Position numbers and translations under genes: made by a program. From an uncultured Candidatus Rokubacteria bacterium (GTDB lineage Bacteria; Methylomirabilota; Methylomirabilia; Rokubacteriales; DASRDR01), in NCBI GenBank assembly GCA_963805625.1, contig CAWDVE010000019.1, forward strand, positions 96,001-160,000: 64,000 nt of DNA, given 5' to 3'. The notes beneath the pieces were generated by a model. The model made no database searches, was not told where the DNA came from, and was given only the letters and a program-made list of their open reading frames with translations. Of this stretch, positions 21,251 through 30,554 are shown in pieces (within the stretch, counting starts at the first letter, position 1; the number at the start of each line of letters is the position of its first letter).

Positions 21251-21724
21251 ATGACCACCATCCTGTTCGTCTGCACAGGGAACATCTTCCGCAGCCTCAC
21301 CGCGGAGTACGCGCTGCGCGCGCAGCTGCCGCCGTCCCATCCCTACCGGGTCAGGTCCGCGGGCATCGAGGCGCACCCGGAGTCCGTGGCGCCCACGGTC
21401 CGCGACCGGCTGCTGGCCAGGGGCGTCGACTGCCGCGACCACGTCCAGCGGCGGCTGACCCACGCGGTGCTGGCCGAGGCCGACCTCGTCGTGGCGATGG
21501 GCCTGGACCATCGCGCGTTCATCCGACGGGTGTTCTCGCGCGAGGCCCCTCTCTTCCACGAGATCTGCTTCCGGCGGGAGGAGGGGGTCCTGGACCTCCA
21601 CGAGGCGCTGCCGGACTGGTCGCGCGATCCCGAGGCCAGCCAGCGGTACATGGTGCGGACCGTGGATCACATCTGGAAGGCGATGCCGGCGTTCATCGCC
21701 CGGCTGCCGGACTGGGTGCGGTGA
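21251..21724 (+). CDS. Low molecular weight protein-tyrosine phosphatase family protein
   Basis: ILFVCTGNIFRS (CX5R), SAG, ADLVVAM; GGAGG RBS. Confidence 0.85.
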   Translation: MTTILFVCTGNIFRSLTAEYALRAQLPPSHPYRVRSAGIEAHPESVAPTVRDRLLARGVDCRDHVQRRLTHAVLAEADLVVAMGLDHRAFIRRVFSREAPLFHEICFRREEGVLDLHEALPDWSRDPEASQRYMVRTVDHIWKAMPAFIARLPDWVR

Positions 21725-22257
21725 CGCGGGGCAGTGCCGAGGGCGAGCGACCGGCGGTCCGCCGGCTCCGCCGTCCTCCGCGCGCCGTCGCGCGCCGGCG
21801 GCGACTCGGCGTCCCTCTTGGCAACGCACCCGCCGGCTATCCCGACACAATTCCACTGTCTCGTCGACCACGATCCAGAGCACGCTCCTGCGCCGGGCCT
21901 CCGAGATCTATGCAGAGGGGACCGGAGTCATGGTGATCCAGGTCACCGACCTCGGCACGCTCGATATTGGGGCACACGGCAGGAGCGCACCGCCTTATCT
22001 CGAGTCGCAAGACGCCAGATGGTCCCACGCTGGCGGACAAGGGGCACCGTTCGGTCCTTGACAGCGATGGCTACTACGCGCAGGCCTTTCGGGTCGTACG
22101 GCGTCTTTGAGACGAACGAAGCGATGAATAGTGCGGGCGCGGCTGGACCAAGATACGCCGTCAAGCTCTGCGGCCGAGCCTAGCCCAACTCCGTACCCTC
22201 TCCTCGTACCCCACGTCCAACGCCGGCTACGCACCGGGCAATCCTGGCACGGCCAGT

Positions 22258-23685
22258 TCAGGACGCCACCCATCCTGTCGGATTGGGCCGGCGGGTGTGC
22301 CAGGGGGTGGCGCGCTCGTAGGCGCGCGCGATGCGGAGCACGGTCACCTCGTCGAACGGCCTGCCCACCAGCTGGATCGAGACCGGCAGACCGTCTCGAC
22401 TGAAGCCGGACGGCACGGAGATGGCCGGCTGGCCGGTCAGGTTCCAGGGCGCCGTATAGCGGCTGGTCTGCGGCATGATCACGTGCTGGGGAATCTCGTC
22501 AAAGGAGAGGGCCGGCACGGCCTGGCCGGGGAAGATCAGCGCATCGACCCGCTCCAGCACGGCCGCCACCTCGCGGGCCAACCGGGTCCGCAGCCGCTGG
22601 GCACGCAGGTAGTCCTGGGCGGTGAAGGTGCCCGCCATGTACAGCTTCGTGCGCAGGAAGTCGCCGTACTCGTTGGGGCGCTGGCGGAGCGTTTCACGAT
22701 GGTAGTCGAACGCCTCGGCCACCAGCGGCACCCAGATCGAGGGCAACAGGTCGAGCAGCGGAATGTCGACCTCTTCGATGCGGGCGCCCTGACGCTCCAG
22801 CTCGGCGAACGCCGCCACGGCCGCGCTCCGCACGTCCGCGTGCAGCCCCGCCCAGTCCAGGTAGTAGCGCCGCGGCAGGCCCAGCCGCGTGCCGCGCACG
22901 CCGCCCTCCAGATCGCGGATGTAGTTGGGCGGGCTCATGGCGGATGTCGAGGCGTCGGCCGGGTCGTGGCCGGCGATTGCCTGCAGCATCACGGCCGTGT
23001 CCCACACCGTCCGGGTCATCGGGCCGACGTGGTCCAGCGACCAGCACATCGGCAGCACGCCGGTCCGGCTCACCAGGCCGTAGGTGGGCTTGAGGCCGAC
23101 GATGCCGCAGTTGGCAGCCGGCCCGCGGATCGAGCCACCGGTATCGGAGCCGAGCGCGCCGGCGCACAGCCCGGCCGCCACGGCCACGCCGGAGCCGGAG
23201 CTGGAGCCGGCCGGCACCCGCGCCACGTTCCAGGGGTTCCGGCCGGTCGGGAACGGTCCCTCGCGGGTGGGGTAGCCCCAGGCGAACTCGTGCATGCTCA
23301 GCTTGCCCAGCAGCACCGCCCCAGCCTCGTCCAGCCGCCGGGCCACGAAGGCGTCCTCGGCGGGCACATGGTCCGCCAGCACCCGGGAGCCGCCGGTCAG
23401 CTTCACCCCAGCCACGGCCACCAGGTCCTTGATGGCGATCGGCACGCCGTGGAGCGGCCCGCGCCGCTCGCCGCGCGCCAGCGCCGCGTCCGCTTGACGG
23501 GCCTGCTCGAGCGCCCGCTCGGCGGTGACGGTGATGTACGACTGGAGCACGCCGTCGTGTCGCTCAATGCGCCGCAGGTACGCCTCGGTCACCTCCACCG
23601 AGGAGAAGGCGCCGACGCGCAGCCCCTCGCTAATGCCCTTCAGATCCAGGTCGCAGATCTGCTCGGCAGCGGTTGTGGCGCTCAT
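22258..23685 (-). CDS. Amidase (amidase signature family)
   Basis: PLHGVPIAIKD, AGSSSGS, GSDTGGSIR (Ser-cisSer-Lys triad). Confidence 0.92.
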   Translation of the reverse strand: MSATTAAEQICDLDLKGISEGLRVGAFSSVEVTEAYLRRIERHDGVLQSYITVTAERALEQARQADAALARGERRGPLHGVPIAIKDLVAVAGVKLTGGSRVLADHVPAEDAFVARRLDEAGAVLLGKLSMHEFAWGYPTREGPFPTGRNPWNVARVPAGSSSGSGVAVAAGLCAGALGSDTGGSIRGPAANCGIVGLKPTYGLVSRTGVLPMCWSLDHVGPMTRTVWDTAVMLQAIAGHDPADASTSAMSPPNYIRDLEGGVRGTRLGLPRRYYLDWAGLHADVRSAAVAAFAELERQGARIEEVDIPLLDLLPSIWVPLVAEAFDYHRETLRQRPNEYGDFLRTKLYMAGTFTAQDYLRAQRLRTRLAREVAAVLERVDALIFPGQAVPALSFDEIPQHVIMPQTSRYTAPWNLTGQPAISVPSGFSRDGLPVSIQLVGRPFDEVTVLRIARAYERATPWHTRRPNPTGWVAS

Positions 23686-23882
23686 CGGCCTCCCCGCACG
23701 GTCGGCTTCTCAACGAAGGTCGGCTCATCCTCCGGCATGATCGGCGTGCTTCGGAGGACGTCGCGGTTGGGCAGGTAGTCCTGCCAGAGGACGAACAGGT
23801 TGTCGCGCTCGCCCTCGGGGATGTCGAGGTCGGCAGCCTGCAATTCGGCCTCGAAGCGGCGGCGGCATTCGATGACGTCCAC
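23682..23882 (-). CDS. Small protein coupled to the amidase (GatC/AtzG-like partner?)
   Basis: 66 aa; GTG start with AGGAGG RBS; ATGA overlap with the amidase; EDEP motif near the C-terminus. Confidence 0.6.
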   Translation of the reverse strand: MDVIECRRRFEAELQAADLDIPEGERDNLFVLWQDYLPNRDVLRSTPIMPEDEPTFVEKPTVRGGR

Positions 23883-24001
23883 GGTAGCCTCCTGGGTTAG
23901 GGGGACGGGCGTCATCAGGGTAGCATCTGGCGCCATGTCGAGGAGGAGTAGTACGACTACGGATCTGAACGCGTGGCCTTTCGCGTCCCGCAAAGCACGC
24001 G

Positions 24002-24620
24002 GTGGCCGGGGCCGTCTTCACCGTGGACCCCCTCACGGGCTCCCGCACGATCCTCAGTGACTTTGGCAACGCGACCCAAGGCCCAATAGGACCGGAGACA
24101 GGTGGTCTCACTCTGGACGCCTCCGGCACCATCCTGGTCACCGACATTCAGGCCGGCACGGGCGGGCTCGGGGCCCTCTTCACCGTGGATCCCGTCAGCG
24201 GCTCCCGCACGATCCTCAGCGACTTTGGCGACGGGCCCAGGGCCCGACAGGAGGCTCCGGTACCATCCTCGTCACCGACCATCAGGCCGGCACGGGCGGG
24301 GGCCTCTTCACCGTGGTGCCGACGGCTCCCGCTCTCAGTGACGACGATAACCAGGGCTGGCAGTCCGGCACCATCCTGGCCGGCACGGGCGGGCTCGGCG
24401 CCTCCTCGACGTTGGTCGAGTTCACCTTCAGCGGCAGTGACGATGTCGGCGTGAGCGCCTTCGAGTGCAGCCTGGATGGCGCAGCCTTCAGCGCCGCTCG
24501 AGCCCCACCAGCTACATCAACCTGGGCGGCGGAACCCATACCTTCCAGGTCAGGGCGGTCGACACCTCTGGGAACGAGGATCCAAGTCCAGCCACGTTCA
24601 GCTGGTTCATCCCAGGGCAC
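24002..24620 (+). pseudogene. Surface protein remnant: ~54-aa beta-propeller-like repeats plus Ig/FN3-like domain
   Basis: 162-bp repeat (24015 vs 24177) xFTVDPxxGSRTILSDFG; FECSLDGAAFS, GTHTFQVRAVDTSGNEDPSPA; multiple frameshifts. Confidence 0.65.
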
Positions 24621-24889
24621 CGCGCCAAGTGAGTGTAGGCTGAAGGTGGGCTCTCTGCCTCGCCTTCCCGACGCGGGCTACTCCACCGGCTAGACGCTCT
24701 CCGGCCTGCCGCTCGCTAGAGTCCGGCCACCCTGGGAATGCGCCCGCTGGGCTGACGGCGGGGTCGGGGAGCGGCCCAGGAAACAGGCTTTGCACCGCGT
24801 AGGTTCCTAAGCTGCGCACGGGTCAGCCGATGCTCCCGTCTTCGGTGACTGCTGGACGCCGGGCGCACCCTCGGCACCGGGCGACTCGC

Positions 24890-25320
24890 CCCGTCACTGC
24901 TCCGCTGGGCAGTGGTTCGGGAGTTCGTGGTCTTCGCACGGGACCTGGATATCCGGCGCGGTGTCGGTTCCGTCCCTGCGGTGGGCGGATCTATCGGCGT
25001 CAACGGTGGCGTGCCTGAAGGATATCGACCCCGCGCTCGGCGAGCAGGAGGTCGATCGCTTGCGGCGTGAAGAACAGTACTGACGGCTGGGGTGGCTGGG
25101 AGCGCGCCTGGTGCACTACCGCTGGGACACGACGCAGCCCACCTACATGCCATACCTGGACCGCTGGTACCGACCACAGGGCGGAGACGCATTGACGTCA
25201 TGGCTCTACACGGCACCGGACCAGCGTGGCCGAGGTATCCAGCCCGCGAACCACGCGGATCTGCGAGAGCAGGTGCTCACGCGCGGGTGCCGCCGGTCAC
25301 TCGGCATCGTGGCGGTGTGA
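24890..25320 (+). pseudogene. GNAT-like acetyltransferase remnant
   Basis: LGWLGARLVHYRW...LYTAPDQRGRGI (motif A); frameshift and in-frame TGA at 25081. Confidence 0.45.
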
Positions 25321-25497
25321 TCGACCGCACGGACCTCTTCGTGTCCGCGTCCCGGGTGGGCGTGGAGGGGACAGCCGAACTCCGGACGGCCTCGTTGCGA
25401 AGCCGCACGATTGGCAGGCGGGCGGCAGCGCGGCTCCGCAGTTCGAACAAAAGCGGTGGCCCTCGCGGTTCTCGTGCTGGCATCGCGGGCATTGCAT
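25297..25497 (-). pseudogene. Double zinc-ribbon N-terminus of an adenylate/guanylate cyclase-AAA type protein, truncated
   Basis: MQCPRCQHEN...FCSNCG...CQSCGF, then loses homology. Confidence 0.6.
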
Positions 25498-25710
25498 TTC
25501 CGGGGCTCCAGTGTCCTTGGCAAACGCGTGCCGGAGTGTTCCGGCCAGCGCACAAGGATCCCTTAATCCAGGACGCGAGACGGTCGATCAGCACGTCCTC
25601 GATGCCGTAAAATGCATGCGGGGACCGCAGGCTGCAGGGGAGGCCGGCCGGCGTCAAGGACGGCAACGGGCGGCACCTGCTGCCGGGCCTGCCCCAACCG
25701 GCCAGCGCGC

Positions 25711-25734
25711 CTCACGGAAGTCTCACGGAAGTCT
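25711..25734. repeat. 11-bp direct repeat (possible OmpR/PhoB-family box)
   Basis: CTCACGGAAGT x2. Confidence 0.35.
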
Positions 25735-25881
25735 GGATCAATCCTGCATGCTCCCTGTCGGGCCGGTGGCCAACTCGCATCTGGGGCGGCTCCTAGGAAT
25801 GGCGAAAATCCCCACTCGAGAGCCAGGAGCACATTCCTGGTCTCGTTCCCTGAAAGGAGACTCAGTTTGATCGCTGCCACC

Positions 25882-25934
25882 AGTGCCAATTAGGCACTTG
25901 CGCGTTGACGGCCCTGCGCGCATGTTCCTATAGT
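25882..25934 (+). promoter_or_regulatory. Sigma70-type promoter with upstream palindromic operator
   Basis: AGTGCC-AATTA-GGCACT (25882-25898); -35 TTGACG (25905-25910), 18-nt spacer, -10 TATAGT (25929-25934). Confidence 0.5.
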
Positions 25935-26007
25935 TGACTCTTCCCATACCGTCCTGAGTAGCGAGGGTAAGCGTGGCGAGTTCACTCCGCACGGGTGTCC
26001 CCTGGCG

Positions 26008-28032
26008 GTGATGGTCGATCCCACCCCGCGCGATCGGCTGTTCAACTTATTTCACCGGCTCGTCGAGAGCAGCCTGGGGCTGATGTGCGTTCATGACCTC
26101 GACGGCAAGCTGCTTTTCGTGAATACCGCAGCTGCCAGCGCCCTGGGCTTTCGGCCAGAGGACGGCATTGGGTGGAATCTCCGACGATACCTCGCGCCGG
26201 CCGTGCAAGAACAATTCGACGTCTACCTCGAGCGGATCCGACGCACGGGGGTGGACAGCGGGCTCATGCGCCTGGTCGGGAAGGACGGCACGGAGCTGGT
26301 GTGGCTGTACCGGAACACTCGCTACGAGGAGCCCGGTCACCCACCCGTCGTGCTCGGGCAGGCACAGGATGTCACCGACCTCATCCGCGCCCAGCAGAAG
26401 CTTCGCGAGAGTGACCGACGCTTCCGGATCCTGGCCGACTCGGCGCCCGTTATGATCTGGATGTCGGATTCGTCCGGCAGGTGCGCCTTCTTCAACAACG
26501 CGTGGCTCCGTTTTCGCGGGCGCACCGTGGAACAGGAGCAGTATGACCACTGGCTCGAGGGCGTGCACCCGGACGACCGCACGCGGTGTGTCGAGGCCCG
26601 ACGAGCGGCTGCGAGCACCCATCAGCCCTTCCGTGTGGAGTATCGGCTCCAGCGCGCCGATGGAGAATACCGGTGGGTGCTCGATCATGGCGTGCCCAGA
26701 GTCGAAGCCGAGGGCGACTTTCCGGGGTTCATTGGATCCTGCGTCGACATCACCGAGTCGCGCCAGGCACGGGAGGTCTTGGAGCAGGCTCACGACGATC
26801 TGGCCCGACTCGTGGCGGCGCGTACCGCAGAGCTCCTCCGCGCCAACGAGGAACTCCAGGCTCAGATCGCCCGGCGTGACGAGCTTCAAGAGGAGTTGGC
26901 GCGCGCCCGACGATTCGAGTCACTCGGGCTCTTGGCGAGTGGTGTGGCTCACGAGTTCAACAATCTGCTCACGGTCATATACGGACGGAGCCAGCTGCTA
27001 CGGGATCGCGTGGGTACCGATCCGCGACTTCACCGTGACGTCGACAACATCGAGCACGCCGCGCAGCGGGCCGCCACTCTGACGGCGCAGCTCCTCGCAT
27101 TCGCTCAACGGCAGATTCTGTATCCCTGCCGACTCGACCTCAACCGGTTGCTCGTAGATCTCCAGCCGAGGTTGCAGGAGCTTCTGGATTCGCGGATCAA
27201 CCTTGAGCGGGTACTCGATCCTACTGTCCCTCGGATTCAGGCCGACGCGAGACAGGTCGAGCAGCTGATCCTCGATCTCGCCCGGCACGCTCGCGAGGCT
27301 ATGCCCGAGGGCGGACGGTTCCTCCTCGAGACGAGGAATATCGAGCTGGATCAAGCGTTTCTTGAGACGCACCCCGGCTCGCGGCCGGGGCGGTATGTGC
27401 GGCTTGGTATCCGTGACAGCGGGGTCGGGATGGATGACGCGACCCGGGTGCGTGTCTTCGAACCATTCTTCGTGACGCACGGCGACCGCGTGGGCATAGT
27501 CCTCGGGTTGGCCGCCGCGTATGGCATCGTGAAGCAGCATGGTGGTTACATGTCAGTCGAGAGTCCTCCGGATGGTGGCACCTTGTTTCGGGTCTATCTG
27601 CCCATTCCGGAGGACGCGGAGGAATCGGCACCGTCGACGTCGCGAGACATCCGCTCGACGCGCACCGGGGCGACCGTGCTGCTCGTCGAGGACCAGCCGA
27701 CCCTCCGCGGCCTCGCGCGTGAGATTCTGGAGCACGAAGGCTATTCGGTCATGGAGGCGAACGACTGCAACCAGGCGCTCGCGCTCGCCGAGCGACACGC
27801 GGGGCAAATCCACCTGCTCTTGACCGACGTGATGATGCCGCACATGAGTGGGCCCGAGCTGGCCGACAACCTGGCACGAACGCACCCTGGGCTGCGCGTT
27901 GTCTACATGTCGGGGTTCACCGGCGACGTCATTGACCGCCATCGGGTGACCCGGCGCGGCACCCGCTTCCTCCCCAAACCGTTCACGGCGGAATCATTGC
28001 TGGGGGAAGTGCGGGCGGCGCTCGTGATCTGA
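26008..28032 (+). CDS. PAS-PAS hybrid sensor histidine kinase / receiver
   Basis: Two PAS domains, H-box AHEFNNLL, HATPase_c, receiver LLVED...LTDVMMP...KPF. Confidence 0.9.
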   Translation: MMVDPTPRDRLFNLFHRLVESSLGLMCVHDLDGKLLFVNTAAASALGFRPEDGIGWNLRRYLAPAVQEQFDVYLERIRRTGVDSGLMRLVGKDGTELVWLYRNTRYEEPGHPPVVLGQAQDVTDLIRAQQKLRESDRRFRILADSAPVMIWMSDSSGRCAFFNNAWLRFRGRTVEQEQYDHWLEGVHPDDRTRCVEARRAAASTHQPFRVEYRLQRADGEYRWVLDHGVPRVEAEGDFPGFIGSCVDITESRQAREVLEQAHDDLARLVAARTAELLRANEELQAQIARRDELQEELARARRFESLGLLASGVAHEFNNLLTVIYGRSQLLRDRVGTDPRLHRDVDNIEHAAQRAATLTAQLLAFAQRQILYPCRLDLNRLLVDLQPRLQELLDSRINLERVLDPTVPRIQADARQVEQLILDLARHAREAMPEGGRFLLETRNIELDQAFLETHPGSRPGRYVRLGIRDSGVGMDDATRVRVFEPFFVTHGDRVGIVLGLAAAYGIVKQHGGYMSVESPPDGGTLFRVYLPIPEDAEESAPSTSRDIRSTRTGATVLLVEDQPTLRGLAREILEHEGYSVMEANDCNQALALAERHAGQIHLLLTDVMMPHMSGPELADNLARTHPGLRVVYMSGFTGDVIDRHRVTRRGTRFLPKPFTAESLLGEVRAALVI

Positions 28033-28066
28033 CCCCGGTTCGCCTTTCGTCCAAGCACCCCTCGAG

Positions 28067-28235
28067 TCGAGCCGGCGGGGTGACTGCTGGGACAATGCCC
28101 TCGTCGAGAGCTTCTTCGCCACCATCAGGGTCGAGCTCGTCCACGACGCCGCCTGGGCCAGGGGGGCCCGGGCCGAGTTCTTCGACCACATCGAGGCTTT
28201 CTGCAACCGGGCAGCGGCGACATTCGGCGTTCGCG
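28067..28235 (+). mobile_element. IS3-family transposase C-terminal remnant
   Basis: SRRGDCWDNALVESFFATIRVELVH...IEAFCN...RRHSA matches the IS3 integrase-core C-terminus. Confidence 0.75.
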
Positions 28236-28334
28236 GATCTCAGCGCGCGGAGCGTTCGAGCGGGAACGAGCCCGGCCCTAGCTTACCGGTACGACGCCAG
28301 CCGCCGTGCCAGCCTTCAGACGAAATGGGTCGGC

Positions 28335-29231
28335 ATGAGGATTCTCCGTCAGCAGGTGCAGATCGAAGAAGCCGCGCGCGCCCTGATTGCGAAGAAGGCG
28401 ATCTACCTGGAAGCTCAGGCGGCGACCGGCGTGCCATGGTGGATGATCGCCGTGATCGACGGGCGTGAAGGCGGAATCTCCGAGCTCGGTACGCGACACC
28501 TGCACTGCGGGGATCCGCTCACCGATTACACGGTGCACGTTCCGACAGGCAGGCCGAAGGTCGGGCACGGTCCGCCGTTCACCTGGCTCGAGAGCGCAGT
28601 CGATGCGCTCACCCTGAAGGGTCTCGGCAAGATCAAGAATTGGACAATCGAGCGCGTGCTCCATGAGCTGGAGCCGTACAATGGCCTCGGCTATTTCACC
28701 CGCGGTATCTCCTCACCGTACATCTGGTCGTGCACCAACAACTACGATCCGCCCTTCGGACCTGGCGGAAAGTACGTTGCGGATCACCAATTCGATTCGG
28801 CGGCGGTCGATGCTCAGATTGGATGTGCGCCACTCATCAAGACACTGGTGCACCTCGATTCTTCCAGCCCACTGAAGACGGAAGCCACGTCGCCAACTAG
28901 GGGCACGTCCGCGCCGGCCGGAGCGTCGCGGAGGAGAGTAATTGTAGCCGCGGCCGTCATTGCCGGTGGTGGCGCCACGGTGGGCGTGGCGGCGCGGCAA
29001 GGCGCGGGTGTCGTGGCGATCACTGGCATCGTCCTGGGAACGATCGTCGTCGCTGCGGCGGCCTGGATGGTCCCGCATCGCCCCGTGTCCTATCGGTCGA
29101 GTGCGCGCGGGGCGCGCAGCCGGTTCGTCGGGGTCCACGATCCGCCAACGAGCCCCCAGTACACCCCGGAGCACGCTTGTCTCGCACCTCGGGTCCCTAC
29201 GGGCCGCCCTCGGTCGGCCACCCCCTCTTGA
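28335..29231 (+). CDS. Lysozyme family protein (COG5526-like) with C-terminal hydrophobic helices; 5' end possibly disrupted
   Basis: TGVPWWMIAVI..RE, HLHCGDPL, PFTWLESAVDAL, YNGLGY, SPYIWS, GKYVAD, QIGCA. Confidence 0.7.
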   Translation: MRILRQQVQIEEAARALIAKKAIYLEAQAATGVPWWMIAVIDGREGGISELGTRHLHCGDPLTDYTVHVPTGRPKVGHGPPFTWLESAVDALTLKGLGKIKNWTIERVLHELEPYNGLGYFTRGISSPYIWSCTNNYDPPFGPGGKYVADHQFDSAAVDAQIGCAPLIKTLVHLDSSSPLKTEATSPTRGTSAPAGASRRRVIVAAAVIAGGGATVGVAARQGAGVVAITGIVLGTIVVAAAAWMVPHRPVSYRSSARGARSRFVGVHDPPTSPQYTPEHACLAPRVPTGRPRSATPS

Positions 29232-29520
29232 AGGGCGCGTACTCGGCGGCGCCGATGTCGCACTGCGGGTCGCCATCCAGGTCGCCGTCGATCGGCCGGA
29301 GGACCCCGCGCTAATCGACGGGCTCACAATAGCCGGGCGATCCGGCGTCGATCGCGGGTCTGCCGGACTTCAGCGCGTGGATCCACGTGTTGCCGACCTT
29401 GCTCCACTTGAGCGGCGAGATCTTGGGATTGCCTACCAGGATTCCCTGACCGGGGAAGAAGCACGTGCTGTCGCTGGCCAGACTGTGGATCGCGGCGACC
29501 GAGGCAAGGTCTCCGGCATC
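29228..29520 (-). pseudogene. Choice-of-anchor Q-like domain remnant
   Basis: HALKSGRPAIDAG...VD*RGVLRPIDGDLDG..CDIGAAEY; in-frame TAG at 29311 where DQRG is typical. Confidence 0.6.
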
Positions 29521-29700
29521 GGAGCGACGCGCAGAGTGCGCGCCGGGCCGGCCACGGCGGACATCCCGATCATCGCCATCACGTCCTTTGCGCTGAGCGG
29601 GGACAAGCAGCGGGCGAAGGAGGCCGGGGCGTCGGCCTATCTGGCGAAACCGTACAGCCCGTTCACGCTCCTCGACATGATTCGGAAGCTGCTGATCCAG
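29515..29700 (+). pseudogene. Response regulator receiver (DivK-like) C-terminal remnant
   Basis: ATRRVRAGPATADIPIIAITSFALSGDKQRAKEAGASAYLAKPYSP. Confidence 0.7.
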
Positions 29701-29829
29701 CTCCAGGCGCCGGAGCGAATGCGAATCAAGGATGCCTTCGCCGCGAGGCATCAGGGGATGTCCCCGGCGCCTCGTGATTGACGCTCGGGTCGTCGGGCGC
29801 CTGATGTCGAAGCCCCCTGATCCTCGCCT

Positions 29830-30426
29830 CTAGTGCGCCCTTTCCATGACCTTGACCTCGCCCGAGGTGACCTCTGGAGGATTGGGCGCCAGTGCGGCCA
29901 GGTGTTCCTTCACGAAGGTTGCCGCCGCCTTGGTGGACTCGGCCGCCCCGGAGGATGTCGTGAAACCGCTCAGGGTCACGAGGGTGCCCTTCCCCGCATC
30001 GAGGATCGAGTATGTGGCGAAGCCCGGCAGGTGGGTGACGAGGGGCAGGAAACCGGTCCGTGCGCGCGTGACGATCTGCTCGACGTTCTTCGCGTCGATC
30101 TGGTAGCGACGGATCACACCGTACTTCGGTGGCTCCTTGATCTCGCGCAGCCGGACGTCGCCCTCCAGCACGCGTGGAGGTGTGGGCAGCATCGAGGCGA
30201 TGTTCTCCTTGACCCAGGCCGCCGCCTTCCTGGTCGACTCCTCGGTGCCGGCCTTGCTCTCGTAGACGCTGTAGGTGACGAGATGGCCGTGGCCCGCGTC
30301 CAGGATCGAGTAGGAGACGAAACCGGAGATGGCCTTGATGATCGGGACACCACCCTCGCGGATACGGCGAATGACCTCGTTGACGTTCTTCGCATCTAGG
30401 GTGTAATGCCGGAGGACTCCGTGCAT
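29830..30426 (-). CDS. Hypothetical protein with tandem ABM-like (dimeric alpha/beta barrel) domains
   Basis: Internal duplication (GFxxYSILDAG...EST.xAAxxVKE) in both halves. Confidence 0.75.
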   Translation of the reverse strand: MHGVLRHYTLDAKNVNEVIRRIREGGVPIIKAISGFVSYSILDAGHGHLVTYSVYESKAGTEESTRKAAAWVKENIASMLPTPPRVLEGDVRLREIKEPPKYGVIRRYQIDAKNVEQIVTRARTGFLPLVTHLPGFATYSILDAGKGTLVTLSGFTTSSGAAESTKAAATFVKEHLAALAPNPPEVTSGEVKVMERAH

Positions 30427-30554
30427 CGGGGCACCCCCTTCATGATCGTCGAGTTGGGATCGCGCGGCGCGTCAAGGGAATGAGCAGCACCTCCTCTCGG
30501 ACGGCGTGGAAAGCGGGCTGACTCTACACCCGAGGCCTGCTGGGGTCAATCGTG

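Noticed and set aside
21730-22250. Short ORFs between the phosphatase and amidase genes
   Set aside because: No recognisable homology; possibly further scars, but unsupported.
22258-23685. gatA assignment
   Set aside because: No gatB adjacent; treated as a generic amidase.
24002-24400. Repeats as a possible CRISPR array
   Set aside because: They are 162-bp coding repeats of a decayed surface protein, with no unique spacers and no cas genes.
25081-25083. In-frame TGA in a GNAT-like remnant as a possible third selenocysteine
   Set aside because: The gene is also frameshifted and truncated, and no convincing SECIS hairpin follows; a nonsense mutation is simpler.
29311-29313. In-frame TAG as possible pyrrolysine or readthrough
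   Set aside because: It sits at a typical Gln (DQRG) in a 5'-truncated remnant, consistent with CAG>TAG decay.
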